From: Candidatus Iainarchaeum sp.
GTDB taxonomy: Archaea; Iainarchaeota; Iainarchaeia; Iainarchaeales; JAFCCW01
DNA length: 31,211 nucleotides
NCBI GenBank assembly: GCA_017609985.1
Contig: JAFCCW010000009.1
Coordinates: forward strand, 1-31,211
Direction: 5' to 3'
Of this stretch, positions 9,212 to 16,533 are shown piece by piece. Every line of letters starts with the position of its first letter. The first letter of the stretch is position 1. A model generated the notes under the pieces. The model searched no databases and was not told where the DNA came from. It worked only from the letters and a program-made list of their open reading frames with translations. A program made the position numbers and the translations under genes.

Positions 9212-9934
9212 TCACAAAATCATGTGGGCAAGATAAAATGTTATAGAACTCTGACCAATAGGATAAGAAACCTTCATTGGAGAATCGCTCTTAATTTCAA
9301 GCTTTACTTTCTGGTCTGCATCAACCTCTTTTGCAATATTCTGTAAAAAATTAAGAGAATACTTGCCAACAACCTCTGCAGTGCTCTTAACCTTTACAAC
9401 CTTAGTCTGCTTTGCAGCAGTATTTAATGCACCTTGTGAACCACGCGCCTCAATTGAAAGCTGGCCATCCTTTACGCGCAAGACAACACTGCTTCCAAAC
9501 AAAGAAGCATCCTTTAAAGCCTCTTTAAGGATTCTTCCACCTATCTCAATTTCTGCATCAAAACTTGATTCCGGAAGCGAGACATCAGAGTCAGCAACAT
9601 CCATAAGAGGCAGGGAAAAAACTCGTTCAAGTTCGCCCTTAAAAGTAAGAATCATTTCTGAGTCAGTTAAGTCAAGCAATAACTTGTCTTTTGGAAGAGC
9701 TCGGTCAACAATCTTTGAAAGCTCCACAATGTCTATGCCAACAAAACTTGGCTCGATTTTGAAAGAATCAAAACTATTCTTTTCCATTAAGTAATCAACA
9801 AGAACAATCTGACTTGGGTCAATTGCCCGAAGAGAAATTCCCTTGTCATTAAAACGAAAGTTTCCCTCTGAAATAAAAGAGGAAATAGCAGAAATGCTTC
9901 TTCTCCATTCATCAACATTGTTTAATTCAATCAT
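9212..9934 (-). CDS. pcn: DNA sliding clamp PCNA, divergent paralogue
   Basis: LRAIDPSQIVLVD, FSLPLMD, LKEALKDASLF, KYSLNFL, PMKVSY, FYLAHMIL. 240 aa from ATG 9934. Confidence 0.9.
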   Translation of the reverse strand: MIELNNVDEWRRSISAISSFISEGNFRFNDKGISLRAIDPSQIVLVDYLMEKNSFDSFKIEPSFVGIDIVELSKIVDRALPKDKLLLDLTDSEMILTFKGELERVFSLPLMDVADSDVSLPESSFDAEIEIGGRILKEALKDASLFGSSVVLRVKDGQLSIEARGSQGALNTAAKQTKVVKVKSTAEVVGKYSLNFLQNIAKEVDADQKVKLEIKSDSPMKVSYPIGQSSITFYLAHMIL

Positions 9935-9962
9935 TGCAAAATAATAAGATGCATTAGTTATT

Positions 9963-10769
9963 TTAACTGTTTCTTGAAGCAAATGCAGCAGCGCCCACAG
10001 CACTGCCGAATCCAAAGTTTTTCGGAAACAATAATTCAACACCGTAATAGCCAGCTACTCTCTTCAGCTCTTTTCTGACAAATGAAAGAAGAGGAGTTTT
10101 TCCAATGAAAACAATTCTTTTTTGCGAAACAGAGCTGGCTGCAAAAACAGAGGCAACAGCAACAGACTCAGAAACAAGACGCGCTGTTGCTGCAGCAAGA
10201 TCCTGTTTTTTTCTGGAAGAAATTTTTGCAAAATTACTCGCAGTCGCATTTCCAGGAACAATGCCAATCCCAGAACCGATTGCTTCCCTGACTAATAAAT
10301 TAATTTTTTCAGGATTGCCCTTGCAAGCAAGAGAATTTATTTTTTCAGGAACCTGTGTTTCAATGAGAAGACTGGAAAGACCTGTTAGAGTTCCCCCTCC
10401 AATACCAGTACCCCCAATATGCAAATTTTTTCTTCCATTATGAAAAACAATGCAAGTGCCAGTACCCATAGAAACCACTGCACATTTTTTAAGATTGGAA
10501 AGCACTGCCCCTCCGAATCCGATTGCATCAATTTCGGAAACATGCGCTACTGGAATTCCCAAAAGAGAGGAAGAAATTTTTGAAGAATGACCGCCAGTGA
10601 CAGCAATCTTTTTTATTTTTGAAAGAGGGAAATTCAAATCAGGGCAGGAAATTTTTGATTCAATAGATTTGTTTGAAATTTTTGGAAAAGAAAAACTTTT
10701 CATAAGTTTTCCATTTGAAAAAAGAACAAAGTCAGTAGTGGTTGAACCAAAATCAATTCCAAGAATCAT
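9963..10769 (-). CDS. coaW: Type II pantothenate kinase (CoaW/Fumble-like, ASKHA fold)
   Basis: GIDFGSTTT, TGG, SEIDAIGFG, SMGTGT, GGTGIGGGTLTGL, ASNFAK, GAAAF; downstream of panC with a 4-bp overlap. Confidence 0.85.
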   Translation of the reverse strand: MILGIDFGSTTTDFVLFSNGKLMKSFSFPKISNKSIESKISCPDLNFPLSKIKKIAVTGGHSSKISSSLLGIPVAHVSEIDAIGFGGAVLSNLKKCAVVSMGTGTCIVFHNGRKNLHIGGTGIGGGTLTGLSSLLIETQVPEKINSLACKGNPEKINLLVREAIGSGIGIVPGNATASNFAKISSRKKQDLAAATARLVSESVAVASVFAASSVSQKRIVFIGKTPLLSFVRKELKRVAGYYGVELLFPKNFGFGSAVGAAAFASRNS

Positions 10770-11611
10770 GCTTTCACCAACATATTGTCAATCAGCCTTG
10801 TTTTTCCAAGTTTCGCAGAAACTAAAAGAATTGTTTTTCCAGAACATTTCTTAACAGGAGACAGATTGTCAGAATCTGCTACTTCAATATACTCTGGCTT
10901 TGCCAAAGGAAAGTCTGAGAAAACAGAATTCATTGAATTTTTTATTTTGGAGACATTTCTTTCCCCGGAAAAAATTAGTTTTTTTCCAGCAGACAGAGCA
11001 GAAAAAAGAGCAAGAGCATCCGCCCGCTCGGATTTGGAAAGATACTTGTTTCTGGAACTCAAAGCCAACCCATCTTTTTCGCGAACAATCGGACACATAA
11101 AAAGTTTAAGAGGCAGGTTCAGGTCAAAAACCATTTGTTTAAGGATAAGAAACTGTTGATAGTCTTTCTGTCCAAAGAAAGCAATTGAAGGATTCACAAT
11201 ATTGAAAAGCTTGCAACAGACAGTTGCAACTCCTGCAAAATGAGAAGGACGTGCTTTTCCCTCCAGAACAGTCGCGAGTTTTCCCGGAAAAACAGTTGAC
11301 TGAAATCCATTTGGATACATTGCAGAAGAAGAAGGATGAAAAATCAGAGAAACATCTTCTTGTCTACATAATGTTTTGTCTTCTTTAAAATTCCTTGGAT
11401 AGCAAGCAAGGTCTTCTCCCTTAGCAAACTGAGTCGGATTAACAAAAATGCTTACAATTGTTTCATCGCACAGACTCACTGATTTTTTTATCAAAGAAAG
11501 ATGACCCTTGTGCAAGGCACCCATTGTTGGAACAAAACCAATTTTTTTTCCAGACAAAGAAAGTTCGCTGGAAATTTTATGCATTTTTTTGGGACACTTG
11601 ATTACTTTCAT
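10766..11611 (-). CDS. panC: Pantoate--beta-alanine ligase (pantothenate synthetase)
   Basis: GFVPTMGALHKGH, SIFVNPTQF, RPSHFAGVATV, FGQKDYQQ, REKDGLALSSRN, TRLIDN. Confidence 0.97.
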   Translation of the reverse strand: MKVIKCPKKMHKISSELSLSGKKIGFVPTMGALHKGHLSLIKKSVSLCDETIVSIFVNPTQFAKGEDLACYPRNFKEDKTLCRQEDVSLIFHPSSSAMYPNGFQSTVFPGKLATVLEGKARPSHFAGVATVCCKLFNIVNPSIAFFGQKDYQQFLILKQMVFDLNLPLKLFMCPIVREKDGLALSSRNKYLSKSERADALALFSALSAGKKLIFSGERNVSKIKNSMNSVFSDFPLAKPEYIEVADSDNLSPVKKCSGKTILLVSAKLGKTRLIDNMLVKA

Positions 11612-11616
11612 AAACA

Positions 11617-12384
11617 TCACCTAAATGAATTTTTCTTTTTTGGAAACAAGGCTTTTTTTACATCAGAATCAAACTTCGAAGCAGAGTCTCCAGCAAGCTT
11701 TGAAAAATCAGAATATTTTTTTGCAAAACGCGGAGAGAAATCAGGATAAAGGCCAAGCAAATCATATGAAACAAGCACCTGCCCATCGCAAGAATTGCCG
11801 GCGCCGATTCCGATTGTTGGAATTGAAAGAGAGCAGGTTATTTCTTTTGCAAGAGAAGAAGGAATGCATTCAAGAACAAGAGCAAATGCTCCTGCTTGCT
11901 CAAGCTCGATTGCTGAAGAGACAATCTTTCTTGCCTCTTTCTCTGCTCTGCCCTTTACACAAAACTTTTTGAAAGACTGGGGAGTTAATCCAAGATGAGC
12001 AAGCACAGGAATCTTATTTTTGAGAAGAGCTCTAATGGAGATTGAAAGCGGACCTTCTGGCTTAACTGCTTTTGCCCCAGCACCCAAAAGTGAGTTTGCA
12101 TTCTTGACAGCTTTTGAAGGAGAAGAATAAGACTTGTAGGACAGGTCTGCAACAACAAATGATTTTGAGGTTCCTCTGGCCACAGCAGAAGTGTGACGAA
12201 GCATGTCAGCCATGGTTACAGAGCGAGTGTCCTTGTATCCGAGAACAGCCATTCCAAGAGAATCACCCACAAGAAAGCAGTCAACCTTGCCATCCATCGC
12301 CATGGCAAAGCTGTAATCATAGCAGGTGAGCATGGAAATCTTCTTTCCCTGCTTTTTGAAAGCCTTGAAATCAGAGAGTTTCAT
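11617..12384 (-). CDS. panB: 3-methyl-2-oxobutanoate hydroxymethyltransferase
   Basis: MLTCYDYSFA, LVGDSLGM, AHLGLTPQ, PTIGIGAG..CDGQVLV. True start is ATG 12384; the ORF-track extension is not homologous. Confidence 0.97.
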   Translation of the reverse strand: MKLSDFKAFKKQGKKISMLTCYDYSFAMAMDGKVDCFLVGDSLGMAVLGYKDTRSVTMADMLRHTSAVARGTSKSFVVADLSYKSYSSPSKAVKNANSLLGAGAKAVKPEGPLSISIRALLKNKIPVLAHLGLTPQSFKKFCVKGRAEKEARKIVSSAIELEQAGAFALVLECIPSSLAKEITCSLSIPTIGIGAGNSCDGQVLVSYDLLGLYPDFSPRFAKKYSDFSKLAGDSASKFDSDVKKALFPKKKNSFR

Positions 12385-12436
12385 TGCATATCTAATAGCA
12401 CGAAAAGCTTTTATTGCTCCACTCCAGAATACTATT

Positions 12437-13116
12437 GTGAGCAAAGCAGGAAGAAAAGAAATCAGAAAAGAACATTCTTCTCGGCTTCCGAGAAGAGGAA
12501 TGCAAAAGCTTGTTAGACAGTCAAGAGAAAGACGTGCTGAAAACCCAGGCCAAAGGCGTGTTAGCGAACCAAACCAGGCAACTGTAAGATTGTATTCCAA
12601 AAAAGAGAGCCATTTGAAATTATTATTGCGGGAAATCCAGTTCCAACCGGAAACAGAGTTGTTGACTCAGTAAGAACTCCTGAAATTGAAAGAAAAGGAG
12701 AAGTAGACTACGGAGGAGATGCATCAAAAGGACGTCTTGGACCAATAGCGCTGACTATGTCCACCCCGCCAGTAGTTGGTACACACGGCGTTCTGCCATT
12801 TCACGATATGAAGGAAGTATCTGAAACAATATGGATAGAATCAATCTCAGTTCCAGAGAGCTTACAGAACTCAGGAATTGGACGAAGAATGATGGGGAGA
12901 TTATTTCGCATAGCAAGAAGAAGAGGATATACAAGAATAAGGCTTAACTCAAGTGTAGATGTTCTAAGCTACAGGTTCTTTAAGAAAATGGGATTTCACA
13001 TGTACACTAAACCCGATAGAAACAGAGTAGTCGGAATGGAAAAACAGCTTAGACCTGCTCGCATGCAATCTAAAAATTACCGCCTTAGGGAAAAAATTGA
13101 AAAATATAATTATTAA
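12437..13116 (+). pseudogene. GNAT-family acetyltransferase (domain in ORF 12757-13116), probably the frameshifted 3' part of a longer gene starting at 12437 or 12500
   Basis: Motif A ISVPESLQNSGIGRRMM and YRFFKKMGF. The GNAT frame is open from 12565 and overlaps the upstream Arg-rich ORF across an A6 tract (12599-12604). Confidence 0.6.
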
Positions 13117-13156
13117 ATCTTCAAAAATAAGATTATTGAATCTTCAAACTTTAGAA

Positions 13157-13171
13157 TCAGTCGCTTTCGAT
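13157..13171 (-). repeat. Degenerate copy of the last five PCNA codons (ATC GAA AGC GAC TGA = IESD*)
   Basis: Reverse complement of tcagtcgctttcgat; directly abuts the 13172-13199 copy. Confidence 0.7.
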
Positions 13172-13172
13172 T

Positions 13173-13199
13173 TAATCACTTTCAATTCTCGGAGCAAGG
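13173..13199. repeat. 27-bp direct repeat, copy 1 (duplicate of the PCNA 3' end)
   Basis: taatcactttcaattctcggagcaagg, identical to 13925-13951. Confidence 0.95.
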
Positions 13200-13208
13200 G
13201 ACAGTTTG

Positions 13209-13236
13209 TTCTTACTTGTAAGAAAGTCTTATAAAT
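13209..13236 (+). promoter_or_regulatory. TA operon promoter: palindromic operator TTCTTAC-tt-GTAAGAA followed by BRE-like AGAAAG and TATA box TTATAAAT
   Basis: Perfect 7-bp inverted repeat at 13209-13224; TATA at 13229-13236, about 30 bp upstream of the ATG at 13265. Confidence 0.6.
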
Positions 13237-13264
13237 TGTTTTGGTGAATATTCTTATGGTTTTT

Positions 13265-13513
13265 ATGGAGCAGGTTATTGGAACTACAAGAATGTCAACA
13301 AAAGGACAGATAATAATCCCAAAAAAGACACGGGATTTTACTGAATCCAGAGAAGACACGATTTTTACTGTGTTTGCAGTGGACAGAAAAACCATTGTAT
13401 TGAAAAAGCTGAACACTAAAAAAATCATAAAAGAGTTTCGCGCCGTCAGAGAAAAAGTAAAGAACAAGGTCTCAGAGGGCGAAGCAAATGAAATTGTTCA
13501 CAAAGCACGATAG
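13265..13513 (+). CDS. AbrB/MazE/SpoVT-family DNA-binding protein (antitoxin)
   Basis: TTRMSTKGQIIIPKKTR swapped-hairpin signature; overlaps the PIN gene. Start 13265 or 13256. Confidence 0.88.
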   Translation: MEQVIGTTRMSTKGQIIIPKKTRDFTESREDTIFTVFAVDRKTIVLKKLNTKKIIKEFRAVREKVKNKVSEGEANEIVHKAR

Positions 13514-13922
13514 GACAAGAGTCGTGCTTGATACAAACATTATTATCTCTGCTTTAATTGCTAAAGAAGGAGCTCCGGCAAAAGTCTTTGAACAGCTCAT
13601 TCTAGGGGAATTTGAAAATTATACAAGCAATGGAATAATCCAGGAGCTCAAAGAAGTTCTTGAAAGAAAGGAAATCACAAAAAGAACAACCAGAAGAGCA
13701 AGACAATTCATATTCAAACACTATCTGAACAACTCAATACAAATAGCGCCAAAAACTAAAGTGTATGTTGTTGAGCACGAATCAGACAATAAATTCATCG
13801 AAGTGTGTTTGGAGGCAAACGCTGAATGCCTGATTAGTGGAGACAATCACTTGCTGAAATTAAAAGAATTTAAAGAAATCCAGATTCTAAGGGCAAAAGA
13901 GTTTATGGAAAAATTTCCCTAA
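13488..13922 (+). CDS. PIN-domain toxin (VapC-like, TIGR00305 type)
   Basis: VVLDTNIIISAL, EL.EVL.R, DNKFIEVC, ISGDNHLL. Confidence 0.92.
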   Translation: MKLFTKHDRTRVVLDTNIIISALIAKEGAPAKVFEQLILGEFENYTSNGIIQELKEVLERKEITKRTTRRARQFIFKHYLNNSIQIAPKTKVYVVEHESDNKFIEVCLEANAECLISGDNHLLKLKEFKEIQILRAKEFMEKFP

Positions 13923-13923
13923 C

Positions 13924-14670
13924 CTAATCACTTTCAATTCTCGGAGCAAGGAAATAGGTTATTTCTGCCCCACCGATTTTGTAAGAAAGTTTTACTGGAG
14001 CATTGCTCTTCATCTCAAGGCTTACCTCGTCTCCAGAAGAAGTTGCTTTCACCATATCCTGCAAATAGTCAAGCGGAAACATTGACTTGGTTTCAGACTT
14101 GACTTCAAGAGACTTAACAGACTTGTCTGATTTAAGTGTCTCACTGTTTACTGTGCCCTTGCTTGATTTAGCCTTTACATAAAAGCCCTCAGGGTCTGCT
14201 TCAAGAGAAACATGGTTTGTGATTAAGGCAGAATCCTTCAATGCATCCTGAAGAAGACCTGCTTGAAAAACCATGCTGGCATCAAACTCAATCTTTGGAT
14301 TTGGAATATCAGACGAAGAAATATCAATAACTGGCAAAGAAAAACTTCTTTTTGAAGAACCAATAAAAGAAACCTTGATAGAGCTCTTGTCATCTTCAAG
14401 AGACAATTCAAGAGCATCGCTTGCCTTTGCGCGAGACATAACCTGTGAAAGATAGGAAAGATCAAGACCAATTTTTGTTTCAGAGGAAACATCAAATTCC
14501 TTGAAAGAAGCTTTTGGAAGAGAAAAATCAACCATTGAAATCTGGCTGGGGTCAGTTGCCTTAATTGCCAGACCAGATTCATTCAAGACAAACTCTGCCT
14601 CATCAATCAGAACAGAAACAGCATCAATGCATCTTTTAAAATCAGATGCGTTTTCTAAAACAATTTTCAA
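13924..14670 (-). CDS. pcn: DNA sliding clamp PCNA (canonical copy)
   Basis: LIDEAEF, ATDPSQISMVD, FSLPVID, SMFPLDYL and canonical C-terminal YFLAPRIE; TTG start. Confidence 0.96.
   Translation of the reverse strand: MKIVLENASDFKRCIDAVSVLIDEAEFVLNESGLAIKATDPSQISMVDFSLPKASFKEFDVSSETKIGLDLSYLSQVMSRAKASDALELSLEDDKSSIKVSFIGSSKRSFSLPVIDISSSDIPNPKIEFDASMVFQAGLLQDALKDSALITNHVSLEADPEGFYVKAKSSKGTVNSETLKSDKSVKSLEVKSETKSMFPLDYLQDMVKATSSGDEVSLEMKSNAPVKLSYKIGGAEITYFLAPRIESD
13925..13951. repeat. 27-bp direct repeat, copy 2 (within the PCNA 3' end)
   Basis: Encodes LAPRIESD on the minus strand; identical to 13173-13199. Confidence 0.95.
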
Positions 14671-14692
14671 GCCCCAACACCAGAAAGATTAA

Positions 14693-15445
14693 TCAACAAA
14701 CGCCTTTAAAATCTTCTGGTAGTCTGCCTGTAAAAACAAGACTTGCAAGATTGTCAACAATCCAAATCTTTGCACAGCCAAGCAAGGGAATACTCGCAAT
14801 AACCCGCCCCTCTGTTTCAGCATGGTTTACGGGATAAAAATTTATGCAGTTTTTTTCAGGAAAACCCGCGACAATCCGGCCACAGTGCTGGTCCACAGTG
14901 TTGTTGAAAAGAGAATCTCCCTTTGTAAGATAGAAAAGACCATCTGCCCCCTTCAACTTTGCAATTGCTCTGTGAATTATTGGCTTGCGCTGCCATTCAG
15001 AATAATAAATAACTATAGGGCCCTGTTTTTCAATTAAAAGAGACTCATTGTTTGAGAACACTATTGACTTAAGTTGAGGAATAGCTTCACTTGAAAAATT
15101 AAACTCTTTTGCAAGAAAATAAAGCGGAGTTGATTCAAGAGATTGAGAAGAAAAATCAATTTCAGGCAAATTCTCTTGTTCAGGAGAAAAAGCCTGCATT
15201 ACCACAATGTCTCCCCTATGAAGAACTGGGTCCATAGAACCGCTCATTACAATAACCAGGGGGGATTGAGTTCCAAGCAGCAAGGAAAGAATAAACAAAA
15301 AAAGCCAGGCAAAAACAAAAGCACTCACAAAATAAATTGTTGTTCCAAGCAACTCATTGTTTCTAGGATTAATCTTTGGCATTAAAAAAAGATCAACATA
15401 GTGAAACGGATCAATCCATTTGAGTTTCTCTCTAAAACTGTGCAT
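14693..15445 (-). CDS. Signal peptidase I, archaeal/Sec11 type
   Basis: TM helix then VMSGSMDPVLHRGD, IIHRAI, TKGD. Start taken at ATG 15445. Confidence 0.88.
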   Translation of the reverse strand: MHSFREKLKWIDPFHYVDLFLMPKINPRNNELLGTTIYFVSAFVFAWLFLFILSLLLGTQSPLVIVMSGSMDPVLHRGDIVVMQAFSPEQENLPEIDFSSQSLESTPLYFLAKEFNFSSEAIPQLKSIVFSNNESLLIEKQGPIVIYYSEWQRKPIIHRAIAKLKGADGLFYLTKGDSLFNNTVDQHCGRIVAGFPEKNCINFYPVNHAETEGRVIASIPLLGCAKIWIVDNLASLVFTGRLPEDFKGVC

Positions 15446-15557
15446 TGCATTTTGAATTTTTTCAAACAACCGAAAACACCTGTTGTGAAGAAATTTCCTG
15501 ATTAAATAAGACAATAACTGCACGATTAATTATTTCCTAAAATTTATTCTCTGAAAA

Positions 15558-15833
15558 TTATTTGCCTGCTGAAGAAAAAGCAGACTTAAATTCCTTGAAA
15601 TCTTTCTCTAGCTGAGACAAAGCATCTTCCAAAGCTTTTTTTGCAGTCTTGCCCTTTGTTTTTAGGAAAAACTTTGAGTCAGCATCAAGAGGGTGCTCAA
15701 GTGTATAGGAAACAAACTCTACACTGGAATCTCTTGAAAGAACATCCTTCAAAAGACTTGGAAAAGAATGCCTTTCACCTTTAATCACAAACTCTGCGCT
15801 ATTTTTTTCTGACTCTAAAATCTCTATCTCCAA
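15558..15833 (-). CDS. rpoL: DNA-directed RNA polymerase subunit L (Rpo11)
   Basis: IKGERHSFPSLL, VEFVSYTLEHPL. TTG start at 15833 behind a GGGTGA RBS; downstream of csl4. Confidence 0.92.
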   Translation of the reverse strand: MEIEILESEKNSAEFVIKGERHSFPSLLKDVLSRDSSVEFVSYTLEHPLDADSKFFLKTKGKTAKKALEDALSQLEKDFKEFKSAFSSAGK

Positions 15834-15837
15834 AAAA

Positions 15838-16392
15838 TCACCCTCTAACCTGTTCTGCAATTTTTCTTTTTTCATTAGAACCGCAAGCAAGACACTTAAA
15901 TTCAGAACCTGCTTTCACAAGCTTTGACCTGCAGTTAGAACAATAACCTTCAACTACTCCAAGATCCTGCTCGTCAGTTCTTAAATCAATCCCGTATGGC
16001 TTGACACCGTCAACTTTTGCTCTGACAACATCACCTATTCTGAAAAATTCTCTTAAATTCTTGACATATTCTCTGCTAACGTTTCTCACAAGAATTGCAG
16101 CATAAGAACTTGTCATTGCAACTCGCTCGCCCTTCTTTGGTTCAGCACGAAGTAAGTCAATTCCAACCATGTTGTCTTTGACAATTGATACTCTGCCATA
16201 AACAATGTCTCCGCGTTTGAGCCTTCTTACATTCTTAAAGCCATTGACTGAAACATCTCTATTTTCTTTGCTATACTCTGAAGTTCCAAGAACAGAAGCA
16301 TATACCCCGCCATCAGCAGAATAAGACTTCTTTCCTTCAGCATATTCTTCTTCCGTGCTCAGGAATTCCCCTGGCAAAACAACTTTTTCCAT
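15838..16392 (-). CDS. csl4: Exosome RNA-binding subunit Csl4
   Basis: VLPGEFLSTEEEY, S1 domain FRIGDVVRAKV, LGVV..CSNC...CLACG.E.RKIA zinc ribbon. Confidence 0.95.
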   Translation of the reverse strand: MEKVVLPGEFLSTEEEYAEGKKSYSADGGVYASVLGTSEYSKENRDVSVNGFKNVRRLKRGDIVYGRVSIVKDNMVGIDLLRAEPKKGERVAMTSSYAAILVRNVSREYVKNLREFFRIGDVVRAKVDGVKPYGIDLRTDEQDLGVVEGYCSNCRSKLVKAGSEFKCLACGSNEKRKIAEQVRG

Positions 16393-16533
16393 TAAACCAC
16401 CAATTTCCCCAATATTTTCTTTAAATTTTCCTAAAAACTGCTTTTAAAACAAATATTAAAAAGAGAGAAAGCATACTCTATACATTCACAGTAAATAAAA
16501 GCCATGAAAAGATATTTAAATAAAGGTGTTTGG

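Larger units (their letters stand above)
13173..13951. mobile_element. Minimal toxin-antitoxin cassette inserted at the 3' end of the PCNA gene
   Basis: A TA operon with its promoter, exactly bounded by 27-bp direct repeats; no recombinase inside. Confidence 0.7.

Noticed and set aside
9935-10042. N-terminal extension of the second PCNA ORF (similar extensions on the GINS, rpoL and signal peptidase ORFs)
   Set aside because: The extensions overlap upstream genes or promoter regions; family homology begins at the later starts.
12385-12600. 71-codon N-terminal extension of the panB ORF
   Set aside because: No PanB homology; it is the antisense shadow of the plus-strand Arg-rich frame.
12599-12605. 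AAAAAAG as a programmed -1 slippery heptamer
   Set aside because: The upstream frame reads TCC AAA AAA GAG, so the heptamer is not phased as A_AAA_AAG.
13173-13951. Casposon, IS or dif-module identity for the TA cassette
   Set aside because: No terminal inverted repeats inside the direct repeats, no transposase or Cas1, and the 27-mer lacks the dyad symmetry of a dif site.
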